From an uncultured Acidobacteriota bacterium (lineage in GTDB: Bacteria > Acidobacteriota > Terriglobia > Acidiferrales > UBA7541), in NCBI GenBank assembly GCA_963731155.1, contig CAVSVB010000009.1, positions 46,828 through 110,827 on the forward strand: a stretch of DNA of 64,000 nucleotides, written 5' to 3'. Below, one piece after another: positions 31,321-40,506 of the stretch. Position 1 is the stretch's first letter, and every line of letters starts with the position of its first letter. A model generated the notes under the pieces. It had not been told where the DNA came from. It did not search any database and worked only from the letters and a program-made list of their open reading frames with translations. Position numbers and translations under genes: made by a program.

Positions 31321-32194
31321 GAGTGTGTCCGAGATTTCGCATTTAATGGCGCCGGGTTGGGCATTTTTGATCCGTGTGGCTAACTGACCTCGATGGGGAG
31401 TTGGATCGTCTTCCGTGAGTTACGTTGTATTCTCAAATTGCTACCGTGAACCCGTGAACGGCTTTCCCGGAAGTAGCTCCGCTATCCGCTGCAGATGGTC
31501 TTGTGAAACTTCAGTATGTTGTGAGTTATGCAGATCAGGGCCCACTCCCCGTACGTTGACTTTCTCCAGTCCGGGCAAGAGATACTGGCGGAATCCGCGC
31601 GCCTGTTTGATCTGCCCGAATACCGATTCTACGATGAAAACCAGGGCCGTTACCCGAAGCGAGCTAGCCGAGTTTGCAAGGTTTGCGCCTTTCGTTGTGC
31701 TTTTGCTTTTCCGTCGCTACCACTGAAAGGCCGGTTCGACCGCGATCTGCGTGTTGTAGCTCTGCACAAATCCAGTCGGGACAAAAACCACCAGGAGTTA
31801 TCGCCGACAGTGGACCAGCGCGCGTTTGGCTTCCCGAATTCGTGCGATCCGCGTTTCCCTTCGTTGCAACTCTATTGCGTGGGAGTATTTTCGTTATCCG
31901 CGCATGATGACCAAGATCTTGCTCTATGGCAACTCGTCTCCCCGGCGATATGGCGGTTGCCCCCGATGATCCTCCTCATACACGGACTCAATCGCCGAAA
32001 GGTTCAACTGGTCAACCACGCCGGACACGAAATAAACCAAGTGGTCATCCGGCAACCATTCGCGCAGACTCGGAGGTAAAAGCAAATCTTGTTCGGGAAG
32101 ATAGGATCGGTATGTTTTCGCCATGGTTCCGAATAATTCGCGCTCTTTTTCAAGTGAATTCAGCAGTACAAAAGATGAATTCTCGGACACGCTC
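31321..32194 (-). mobile_element. Internally deleted IS1182-family element
   Basis: 18-bp TIRs GAGTGTGTCCGAGATTTC / GAATTCTCGGACACGCTC flanked by CTAG on both sides (31317..31320, 32195..32198); transposase N-terminus MAKTYRSYLPEQDLLLPPSLREWLPDDHL and C-terminus PVFGQIKQARGFRQ. Confidence 0.9.
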
Positions 32195-32348
32195 CTAGCT
32201 GGCCACCTCTGTGGGAACCAGCTCTCACGGATGTTCAATATTGAACAGACAGACGCCCATCGATTTCCTAGCGTAAGGTCGATGCTCGGTGGCACCTGCC
32301 AAACCATATTGGAGTTCCATTGAGACAACGCTGGGAGGAGGGTTGCTT

Positions 32349-32624
32349 ATGATTTGTCCATCATGTCAGTCGCACAATCAGGCAGAATTCACTGCCGAGA
32401 TGATTGTCCATTTATCCGGCCCCGAAAATCTCGACAAGCCCGGCGTCTGGTTATTCCCGAAGCTGTCGGTCTGCCTCGACTGTGGCGTTTCTCGGTTCAC
32501 TATCCCACAGCCGAGTAAGCTTTTGCTCACATCTGATGCCCAGAAAGCGGAATCGCCGGCACAGCGGGAAAGTTTTCAGGACATCGCACGCGCTAGCCAG
32601 CTCGCGCCTCAATCGGGACAATAA
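32349..32624 (+). CDS. Small zinc-ribbon protein (CxxC...CLDCG)
   Basis: GGAGGAG RBS; MICPSCQ...LSVCLDCGVSRF; paralog of 17546..17740. Confidence 0.75.
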   Translation: MICPSCQSHNQAEFTAEMIVHLSGPENLDKPGVWLFPKLSVCLDCGVSRFTIPQPSKLLLTSDAQKAESPAQRESFQDIARASQLAPQSGQ

Positions 32625-33016
32625 GAGTGCAGCTTGCCCAGAATTCTACTGACGAACGTCATTCCCAAGAGGGCAGTTTCCACGGTGGCTCACAGCCGGC
32701 ATTGGACCATATTCTGACCGCGTAACCCGCTAAAGTTAAATGTTTCCTCCACTACTTCAGTCGTCATTCACCTAAAGGAACTAAAGTCTTGGGTGGGCAG
32801 CCTTACTAAGCATGGCTGTAGTTAGTGAATCGCATTTGTCTTTCGCTGCTCAAGTTGATTGCTCTACGGCAACTTCGTGTCTGCCCAAGGGCAACGACGG
32901 CTCATGCTTGCATGTGAAAGCATGGAAAGCATGGAAAAGCATGGATAGGAACACAAATTATGGGCGCTCGGTTAGCTTTTCAGTACGAGAGTTTCCACAA
33001 AATAAGAACGTTGAGG

Positions 33017-33445
33017 ATGTCTGTCACGCAAATTCTTGTAGCTGATGATTTCTTGGCTTGGCAGCAGTTTGTTTCCGTTATGCTTCAGGGGGAAAGTGAC
33101 CTGCAAATTATTTCCTCCGCAAGAGATGGACTGGAGGCGGTTCGTAAAGCCAAAGAAATTCGGCCTGACCTGATTTTGATGGACCTGAGCCTGCCTGTGA
33201 TGAATGGCATTGATGCGACACGTCAAATCCGCGCTCACTCTCCTGGTACGAAGGTCCTCTTCTTGAGCGAGCATCGTGATTCTGATCTCATTCAGACCGC
33301 CTTCGACGTTGGTGCTTGCGGCTATGTTTTGAAGTCCGATTCCTACTCAGACCTCATTGCGGGCATCCGAGCTGTTCTACTGGGTCAATTGTTTGTCAGT
33401 CGCAGCTTGACGAATTGGCGCGAGAATCCGAACGGCATGTATTAG
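33017..33445 (+). CDS. Single-domain (REC-only) response regulator
   Basis: ILVADDF, MDLSLP, GYVLK (ORF track starts at 32960). Confidence 0.9.
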   Translation: MSVTQILVADDFLAWQQFVSVMLQGESDLQIISSARDGLEAVRKAKEIRPDLILMDLSLPVMNGIDATRQIRAHSPGTKVLFLSEHRDSDLIQTAFDVGACGYVLKSDSYSDLIAGIRAVLLGQLFVSRSLTNWRENPNGMY

Positions 33446-33520
33446 CGGCTCCACCCTAATGCTGACGGGAATTGATGCTGTAGCAGAGGGCGGTAGGCAG
33501 CCAGAGCCCGGAAAGCAATC

Positions 33521-34387
33521 TTACAAAGTCATACGCGGAAAGGCGGAACGCCCGGATTCGAGAACTTTGAGGAAAAATTGTTCGGGGGAGTTCAGGACGA
33601 TCTTCCCCCGACGCTTTTGAATCGCGCCGACCTTCTGCCATTCACTTAGAATGCGGCTCGTGGTGTAGGGCGTGATGGCTGCTGAGTCTGCCACCTCTTC
33701 ATTCGTCAGCTCGAGTTCAAAGCCTCCAGCCACTTTTCGGCCGATGCTGGATACATATCCCAAAAGCACGCCGGCGAGTCTCTCTCTCGCGGTTTGAGAA
33801 GTTAAGGCTGCAAGGGCAACGACATACCAAGAAATGTAATTTGCCGCAATAGAGAGTGCGTTTTCCAGAACTCGGGGGAAGCGTCGAGCGAGGGCGCGAA
33901 TGGTTTCTCCATCCCAAACGAGGACGACACTGTCCCGCACAGCTTCCGTACTGACCAGATATATCGAAGTCCGGGATACCAGCGCCGCACCACCAAAGAT
34001 GTGTCCAGGCGTCATCCATATGTGGATGAGTTTTTTCCCGCTGGGAGATTCAAAGAAGCATCGGGCCCGACCTCTCCACAACAGCAGGAGATTATGGGCA
34101 GGTTCACCCTGGTGGGTTATAACGGATTTGGCGGAGAAGCGGCGCGTTCTGGCCGCCCCCAAAATCAATCGAACCTCTTCCGGGTTCAAGTCCTTCAGCA
34201 ATTCGGTGCCTTGCGGGACATCGCCAGCGCGAGATTCAAGCACGCTTGTATCCCTCCCTTCATGGTGGTCGCGGGGTCCCCGCGCGATTGGCTGTGCCCA
34301 CTCGAGAATAATAATGCCTCCCTGTTTTGCACTCGGGCACTCGTCTTGACGTGATTTCACTCCGAGCTCAATGACACGATCCATCAT
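33521..34387 (-). CDS. Crp/Fnr-family transcriptional regulator (start uncertain)
   Basis: cNMP-binding-like domain, ARERLA, LTNEEVA, YTTSRILSEWQKVG. Confidence 0.85.
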   Translation of the reverse strand: MMDRVIELGVKSRQDECPSAKQGGIIILEWAQPIARGPRDHHEGRDTSVLESRAGDVPQGTELLKDLNPEEVRLILGAARTRRFSAKSVITHQGEPAHNLLLLWRGRARCFFESPSGKKLIHIWMTPGHIFGGAALVSRTSIYLVSTEAVRDSVVLVWDGETIRALARRFPRVLENALSIAANYISWYVVALAALTSQTARERLAGVLLGYVSSIGRKVAGGFELELTNEEVADSAAITPYTTSRILSEWQKVGAIQKRRGKIVLNSPEQFFLKVLESGRSAFPRMTL

Positions 34388-35051
34388 CCATAAACTGGCC
34401 GCTCGCGGCCATCGCTGCCAAGGAGTGAGCGCAGTTCAGTATTTTTTGGTCCAACGAATGATTGTTGAGGGCATCGGGCGATATGTATGTTCTGGTTCGA
34501 TTCGCTTCCAGGAATTGATCACTCAGCTCGTTCATGCTATTGAACACATTTGTCAGTAGCCGGAAGGCGCTCCGATCCGAATCGGTTGTGGCCACCACGC
34601 CAACCAACCGCAGACTCGTCCTGGCTTGATCACGAAAGCTGCCAATCCAATCTTCCGTTATGGGGTGCCCACGCTGAACTGCATTCGTCAGGGTGCTTCG
34701 CCATTCTCGGATGATCGACATCTCCTCGATGGCCGCCCGAATGAATTCCTTCGACAGCCCCGCCGGAGCAGGTTGGCCACCGGAGGGCGGCGAGAAGTCT
34801 GTGTGCGCGGACAATCCCGGCAGCGTCAACAACATTTGGTCCCCATTGAAACTGAGAGAAGCGTTAGCAAGCCGAGCCAATGCCTGTATTTCAACGTAAG
34901 AGCGTCCGCCCATCTCGACAACCACTAGCTCACCTGCATGTCCAGTCAGGATGAGCGTCCGTGGCTGCTGCCCGGCCTGGGTCATGACGAGAAACAGCGA
35001 ACACAAGAGCAACACGAATATCACTCCGATGCCCAATCGTTTGTTTTGCAC
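34368..35051 (-). CDS. Hypothetical exported protein
   Basis: GGAGG RBS, signal peptide, helical C-terminal domain with two Cys. Confidence 0.7.
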   Translation of the reverse strand: MQNKRLGIGVIFVLLLCSLFLVMTQAGQQPRTLILTGHAGELVVVEMGGRSYVEIQALARLANASLSFNGDQMLLTLPGLSAHTDFSPPSGGQPAPAGLSKEFIRAAIEEMSIIREWRSTLTNAVQRGHPITEDWIGSFRDQARTSLRLVGVVATTDSDRSAFRLLTNVFNSMNELSDQFLEANRTRTYISPDALNNHSLDQKILNCAHSLAAMAASGQFMDDGSCH

Positions 35052-35133
35052 AGTTCACCTCCGGAAACGACATTGGGTCCACGTTGGCGTTCAAACTGCG
35101 AATTCGATCAACGAAATTCCTGGTCAATTCTGA

Positions 35134-36831
35134 TCAGCTCATGAGAGCGACAATAACGGTTCCCCAGGTCGTCAGAAAGATGTGACCGAATGCCGCCGTG
35201 TATGAATAACCCAATGTGGCAATCGGGCTTTCTGATTTTTCTTGAACCGCAGCAGCGCCCGCGATCATCGTTTGAGCGCCTGCGAGGCCTCCCAACAAAA
35301 GTGCCGGATTGAGTCTGAGGGCGTAACGGCCGAAGTAAAGACCTGCAATGAGCGGTATAAGCGTTACTACGATACCCCCCAGGAAGAGCACGTAGCCAAA
35401 TTCTCGCACTGCCTGCACAAAGATCGGGCCCGCTTTCAGCCCAATCATGGCCACGAACGCTGCCAAACCAAGCGACCGCATGAAAAGAATGGCGGCATCC
35501 GGGATGATTCCGAACCACGGACGCACGGACCGCATCCACCCAACAATTACACCGGCCAGAAGAGTCCCAACGCTCGTCCCCAGCGCGATTCTCAGATGTC
35601 CTACAGGTATTGTGAGCACGGCCCCAACCAATACGCCGATGGCTATGGCTACTCCAAGCACGGCAAAGTCACTCTGATCGGTTGGGTGAATCACCCGACC
35701 AGCTACACGCGCCAGTTTCTCGACTGCAGATTCCGATCCGGTTACTTGAACTGTGTCACCCCGCGCGATCACCGTATTTGTTCCGATTGGAATCTCATGG
35801 CCACTGCGCGTGATGCCCCTGAGCAAAACACCGCGGGCTTCCTCGACATCATCGACAATTTCCTGGAGAGTCTTGCCGGCGATTCTCTTGCTGGTGATAT
35901 ACAGATCGACGGCTGTTACCGGGATTTCCAGCAGTTCGGGATCAGCGACCTCCTTCACCGACGCCCCAAAAGCTCTAATCATGATTTCGGTACGTCCGAG
36001 TACCGCGACCGTATCATTTGCCTCCAGAATTGTGGTGCCGACCGGAGAGAAGATGTTCCCCTTCCGTCGAATCCGCTCTATAAAGATGCGCACACCGGGC
36101 AAGGACTCTTCGGCTTCTACGACTGTTTTGTCAGCGACGAGCCCGTCATGAGCAATTGTATAAGCGCGAAAGCCAATGGGTTGCCACGCCGAATATACGC
36201 CAGGCTTCGAGCGCTGAATTCCCAGGTCCGCTTCTACTCTTTTCGATTCCGCACGCAGGTCGATGCGGAGGAGCTTTGGTCCGAGGCTACTGCAGCACCA
36301 GATCACACCCAACGTGCCGAAGATGTAGCAGATCGCGTCCGCGACAGCGATGTGCCCGATCCATAATTGCTTTTGTTCGTCGGGCACGGAGAGGGAACGG
36401 ATTGCTTCACTCGCTGTGCCGATGGCGGGCGACTCCGTCAAGGCTCCAGAAAGCAATCCGGCGGAATATCCTGGGTCCAGTTTCAAGAAATGGGCAACTG
36501 CATACGAAGTCAAAAGGCCAATGAGCGGAACAAACAGCCCGAGCACAGCCCAGCGCCAGCCATCTCCCTTGAGATTCTGAAAAAAACTAGGTCCCACCGA
36601 GTAACCAATTCCGAAAAGGAATAGGAGGAAAACGATAGATTTGGCTTGGTCAGCCACGGCCACGTGAAAGAAGTTTCCTATGGCGATCCCTCCCAGCAAG
36701 GAGCCCGTCACCACGCCGAGTCCAACGCCACGAAACTTAAGCCGCCCAATCAAGTACCCGATGCCCACCGCAAGGTAAACTCCCATTTCGGGATACTTTG
36801 TAAAGAGTTTTGCCAACCATTCCATACTCAC
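35134..36831 (-). CDS. aspT: Aspartate:alanine antiporter (AAE family), copy 2
   Basis: AspT/YidE TM repeats, two TrkA_C-like domains, GALTESPAIG; adjacent to aspD. Confidence 0.88.
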   Translation of the reverse strand: MSMEWLAKLFTKYPEMGVYLAVGIGYLIGRLKFRGVGLGVVTGSLLGGIAIGNFFHVAVADQAKSIVFLLFLFGIGYSVGPSFFQNLKGDGWRWAVLGLFVPLIGLLTSYAVAHFLKLDPGYSAGLLSGALTESPAIGTASEAIRSLSVPDEQKQLWIGHIAVADAICYIFGTLGVIWCCSSLGPKLLRIDLRAESKRVEADLGIQRSKPGVYSAWQPIGFRAYTIAHDGLVADKTVVEAEESLPGVRIFIERIRRKGNIFSPVGTTILEANDTVAVLGRTEIMIRAFGASVKEVADPELLEIPVTAVDLYITSKRIAGKTLQEIVDDVEEARGVLLRGITRSGHEIPIGTNTVIARGDTVQVTGSESAVEKLARVAGRVIHPTDQSDFAVLGVAIAIGVLVGAVLTIPVGHLRIALGTSVGTLLAGVIVGWMRSVRPWFGIIPDAAILFMRSLGLAAFVAMIGLKAGPIFVQAVREFGYVLFLGGIVVTLIPLIAGLYFGRYALRLNPALLLGGLAGAQTMIAGAAAVQEKSESPIATLGYSYTAAFGHIFLTTWGTVIVALMS

Positions 36832-37019
36832 CCCTCTGCGACCATCCTGCGGGCCCGAATAAGACTAGAGTCTCCGTGGCGCATTCCTACGTTGCCCGAG
36901 TAAGGCCAAAAAACCCCACAAAAGCTGTGCACAGTTTTGCGACACCACAAGGACAGATCAGGACAGCGAACCAGCAAGCTGCCCGCTCCAATCGCACATC
37001 CAGCTCAGCCCGTGATGAA

Positions 37020-38660
37020 CTATCGCGAGGCCGCTTGTTTAGATTTTTCGGAACGCTGCGAGGCCTCGAAGGCATCTCGGTAGCCGCGCGCGATCGATCG
37101 AACGCCGCGTCCGATGTCTTCGTACACTTCGTCGGGCAGATTGGCGAGGGACACCCGAAGCGACCAGTCTGGTGCTTCGAAACCGCCGCCGTTCAATAGC
37201 ACGATCCCGTGATCCTCGGCCAGACGGAAGGCGAGGTCGAGGGGGTGGACGTTTTTCTTGAGGTATTCGACGGCGTCCTGTCCGATGTTTTTGCGCGCCC
37301 AGAATTCAAAGTCGATCAAGCCGTAATAGGCGTTGTAAAGCGTGTTCGGAGTGACTTCGATGCCGAGGCCTTCAATCATGGCCTTGGCGCGCCGATGCAC
37401 GATCTCCAGGCATGCCTTCTGATAGAGCTTGGCACCATCCATCATCTCCGCAAGGGAGAACAGGCTCATCATTACCTGTTGAGGCAGAGCGAGGCCCGCC
37501 GTGTGATTCAGGGCAACGTCCCGGCTGTCAGCCACGATGCGGTCGATGAACTTGATCTTGCGCGGCTCCAGGACCAGCGTGCCATACCGTTTGTCGAGCG
37601 CTTTCAGATCAGCATCTGGAAGCTTCGCGATCATCTTGTCGAAAATGTTGTTTTCGTGGACCGCGATAACGCCGAGGCGCCATCCGGTGCACCCGACGTA
37701 TTTAGAATAGGAGTAGACCCCGATGGTGTTTTGAGGAAGTTCGCCCAGCAGAGATCGGAAATCGTGCACGAACGTTCCATAGACGTCGTCAGTTAGGAGC
37801 ATCAGGTCGGGACGCTTTGTCCTTACTAGATTTGCGATTTTATCGATCACTTCCTTGCTAAGTGCGAAGCCCGTCGGATTGCCGGGATTAACGAGGAAGA
37901 ACGCCCTTACCTGGGGATCCTCCAGCTTTTTGAGCTCCGTGTCTGTGAACTGGAAGCGGTTTTCCTGCGGAGCCTGGATGGTGACGAACTTCAGCCCGTA
38001 GTCTTCTAGATGCGGCAACTCAAGGTAGGGCGTAAAGATAGGCGTGCCCAACGCGATCGTGTCGCCGGGTCGCAGCAGGCGATTGGCCTTCATCGATTTA
38101 AAGATGTAGCACATCGCAGCCGTGCCGCCCTCGACCGCGTACAGATCGAACTTGCCGGATGGCTGCGGTTTCCCGCACATTGCCCACATCAGGTACTCAT
38201 GCACGATGCGTTCGTTGTGAACCAGCATGCGATCCGGGACCGGGTAGTTATCGCCGATGATGGAGTCCACGAGCTCGTGGACGAAGGCGTCCGGCTCAAA
38301 CCCGAACCTCTTTATCGCAAACGGAACCATTGCCGACAGAAACGACCCACCGGGCATGTCGGCATGCTTGGCGAGCCACGCTTCGAAGCGGCTCGCGATG
38401 CCCTGGAGCTGCGGCATTCCACCAATACCGGCGGGATGTTCCATCACCCGCTTGCTCTCGGTGATCGCAAACTGGCCGAGCAGAAAGAACCCTTCGCGCG
38501 GGGTTGTGGCGATCCAGTTGGGGTTTCCGCGACCCGCATTCAGGAATGCCGACTGCGTCGTACGCGAGGTTTGCTTGGCGAGCTTGATCAGCTCGTCTTT
38601 AATCTCGAACGGGCCCAATGTTTCGAATTTACGGAGCTTCATGAGGTCCATGATTTTCAC
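37020..38660 (-). CDS. aspD: L-aspartate 4-decarboxylase / aspartate transaminase
   Basis: PFEIKDEL, LNAGRGNPNW, VEGGTAAM, DDVYGTF, SYSKY.GCTGWRLG, LNHTAGL. Confidence 0.95.
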   Translation of the reverse strand: MKIMDLMKLRKFETLGPFEIKDELIKLAKQTSRTTQSAFLNAGRGNPNWIATTPREGFFLLGQFAITESKRVMEHPAGIGGMPQLQGIASRFEAWLAKHADMPGGSFLSAMVPFAIKRFGFEPDAFVHELVDSIIGDNYPVPDRMLVHNERIVHEYLMWAMCGKPQPSGKFDLYAVEGGTAAMCYIFKSMKANRLLRPGDTIALGTPIFTPYLELPHLEDYGLKFVTIQAPQENRFQFTDTELKKLEDPQVRAFFLVNPGNPTGFALSKEVIDKIANLVRTKRPDLMLLTDDVYGTFVHDFRSLLGELPQNTIGVYSYSKYVGCTGWRLGVIAVHENNIFDKMIAKLPDADLKALDKRYGTLVLEPRKIKFIDRIVADSRDVALNHTAGLALPQQVMMSLFSLAEMMDGAKLYQKACLEIVHRRAKAMIEGLGIEVTPNTLYNAYYGLIDFEFWARKNIGQDAVEYLKKNVHPLDLAFRLAEDHGIVLLNGGGFEAPDWSLRVSLANLPDEVYEDIGRGVRSIARGYRDAFEASQRSEKSKQAASR

Positions 38661-38673
38661 CTTTCAGAAAAGG

Positions 38674-40458
38674 CTACGACAGGAACATGATGAGCACCAT
38701 GCCCCAGATTGTAAGAAGAGTGTTACCGATGGCATAAGTAACGGTATATCCCAATGCGGGTACCTGGCTCTTGCCCAAATCGCAGACCAAGCCAAGCGAA
38801 GCCGTCGTCGTGCGTGCCCCGGAAACGATGCCAAGTAGAAGCGCATCGTGGAAGCGGAAGAGGTATTTGCCGATGAACATCCCGAAGATGAGGGGCAGCG
38901 TCGTCGCGAGGGCTCCCCATAGGAACAGGCCAATGCCTTGGGTCCGCAATCCATTCACGAAGCCTGGGCCCGCGGAGATTCCGACTATGGCAATGAAGAT
39001 GTTGAGGCCAACGGAGTTCATGAACCAAACCGTCGATGTCGGGATGCGGCCGAACTTGGGATGCACCGAGCGCAACCATCCGCAAATCAGTCCCGAGATC
39101 AACGCGCCGCCGGCGGTTGAGAGCGTTAGCGGCACACCGGCCACCTTCCAGACCAGCGCGCCGATCAGCGCACCCACGGAGATTCCAGCGCCGATGAACG
39201 CGACGTCAGCGACGTCGGTCGGGCGATCCGGGACGCCCAGCAACTTGATGGCGTTATTGGTGTCCTGAGTGCGGCCGGCCAGGGTAACGATGTCGCCGCG
39301 GAAAATCTTGGTATTTGGCAGAATAGGAATCGAGGTGGCAACCGCACCTCGCGTGATTTTCCGCAGGAAGACGCCGCGAGCGCTGGGGAGCTCGGCAAGC
39401 TCAGCAAGGGTCTTGCCGTCCACCTCTTTGTTTGTCACATAAACGTCGACGCCCTCCACGGAAACGCTAAGCAATTCAGGATCGTCAACCTCTATGGCGA
39501 CTCCGCTAGCAACAGTCGCGAGCGTCTCTCGAGAACCCACGGCCGCGACCATCTTTGCGCGTTCGCCGATAATACTCACGAGCGCCTCGCGGGCACCCGC
39601 CACGGCCACCACGTCACCCTCACGCAATACTGTTTCGGCGGTCGCCTCCTCGATGACTCCGTCACGACGTATGCGCTGGACAAAGATGCGTGCTTGCGGG
39701 AGCAGCGCCTCGGCCTCGATGGCGCGAAGACCGATAACTCTGGCGCCAGGTTGGACACGGAACGCACGTACTTCCCAACGACGCCAGGCCGTCCCCGGCC
39801 CGCCAAGTTCCTTGCTGCCGGCACCACCCTGCTTCTCCTCGTAGTCTTTGCACGCGGCAGGCAGATTAATGCGAAGCAGCTTCGGACCGAGCAATGCGAT
39901 CACGATCGCCGACCCCATCGTGCCAAACATGTAGGTCACCGCATAAGCAACCGGCATCGAATCGAGTAGCCTTTTAGCCTCGTCGGCAGCGAGCCCTAAT
40001 CGGTTGATCGCGTCGGTTGACAGGCCCATGGCGGCAGAAATGGTTTGCGACCCCGAGTACAACCCGGCCGCGTAGCCGAGGTTGTAGCCAGCGATCTTAA
40101 AGATTGCGAAAGGTACTAACAAGCAAAGGACGCTTTGGACCACTGCAAAGATTGCTTGCGGAACCCCATCCTTGGCGACGCCCCGAACGAACTGAGGCCC
40201 GACCGCATATCCGACAGCAAAAAGAAACATAAGGAAGACTGTCGCCTTGAGGGGCTGCGAGATGGTGATCCCGATCTGTCCGATCAAAACACCGGCTAGC
40301 AGAGTGGCAGTCACCGACCCCAGGCCAATGCCCTTGAACGTAAATTTGCCGAAGTAGTATCCGAGGGCGAGTGTCAGGAAGATGGCGATCTCCGGATACT
40401 GCCGCAGAGTCGTAACGAACCATGTCACTATAAACATCATCTCTCTCCTTAATCCCAA
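38674..40458 (-). CDS. aspT: Aspartate:alanine antiporter (AAE family), copy 1
   Basis: [40 protein letters not shown]. Confidence 0.92.
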   Translation of the reverse strand: MGLRREMMFIVTWFVTTLRQYPEIAIFLTLALGYYFGKFTFKGIGLGSVTATLLAGVLIGQIGITISQPLKATVFLMFLFAVGYAVGPQFVRGVAKDGVPQAIFAVVQSVLCLLVPFAIFKIAGYNLGYAAGLYSGSQTISAAMGLSTDAINRLGLAADEAKRLLDSMPVAYAVTYMFGTMGSAIVIALLGPKLLRINLPAACKDYEEKQGGAGSKELGGPGTAWRRWEVRAFRVQPGARVIGLRAIEAEALLPQARIFVQRIRRDGVIEEATAETVLREGDVVAVAGAREALVSIIGERAKMVAAVGSRETLATVASGVAIEVDDPELLSVSVEGVDVYVTNKEVDGKTLAELAELPSARGVFLRKITRGAVATSIPILPNTKIFRGDIVTLAGRTQDTNNAIKLLGVPDRPTDVADVAFIGAGISVGALIGALVWKVAGVPLTLSTAGGALISGLICGWLRSVHPKFGRIPTSTVWFMNSVGLNIFIAIVGISAGPGFVNGLRTQGIGLFLWGALATTLPLIFGMFIGKYLFRFHDALLLGIVSGARTTTASLGLVCDLGKSQVPALGYTVTYAIGNTLLTIWGMVLIMFLS

Positions 40459-40506
40459 TTCTTGGCTTCTTGCCCCTGCGGTTTCCTACCCACCTCTCAG
40501 CCAGCG

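Noticed and set aside
32909-32947. Short tandem repeat GCATGGAAA, 3-4 imperfect units
   Set aside because: Short slippage-type repeat with no evident function
35242-36366. 374-aa plus-strand ORF and similar antisense ORFs
   Set aside because: Shadow ORFs opposite well-supported genes, with no recognisable motifs
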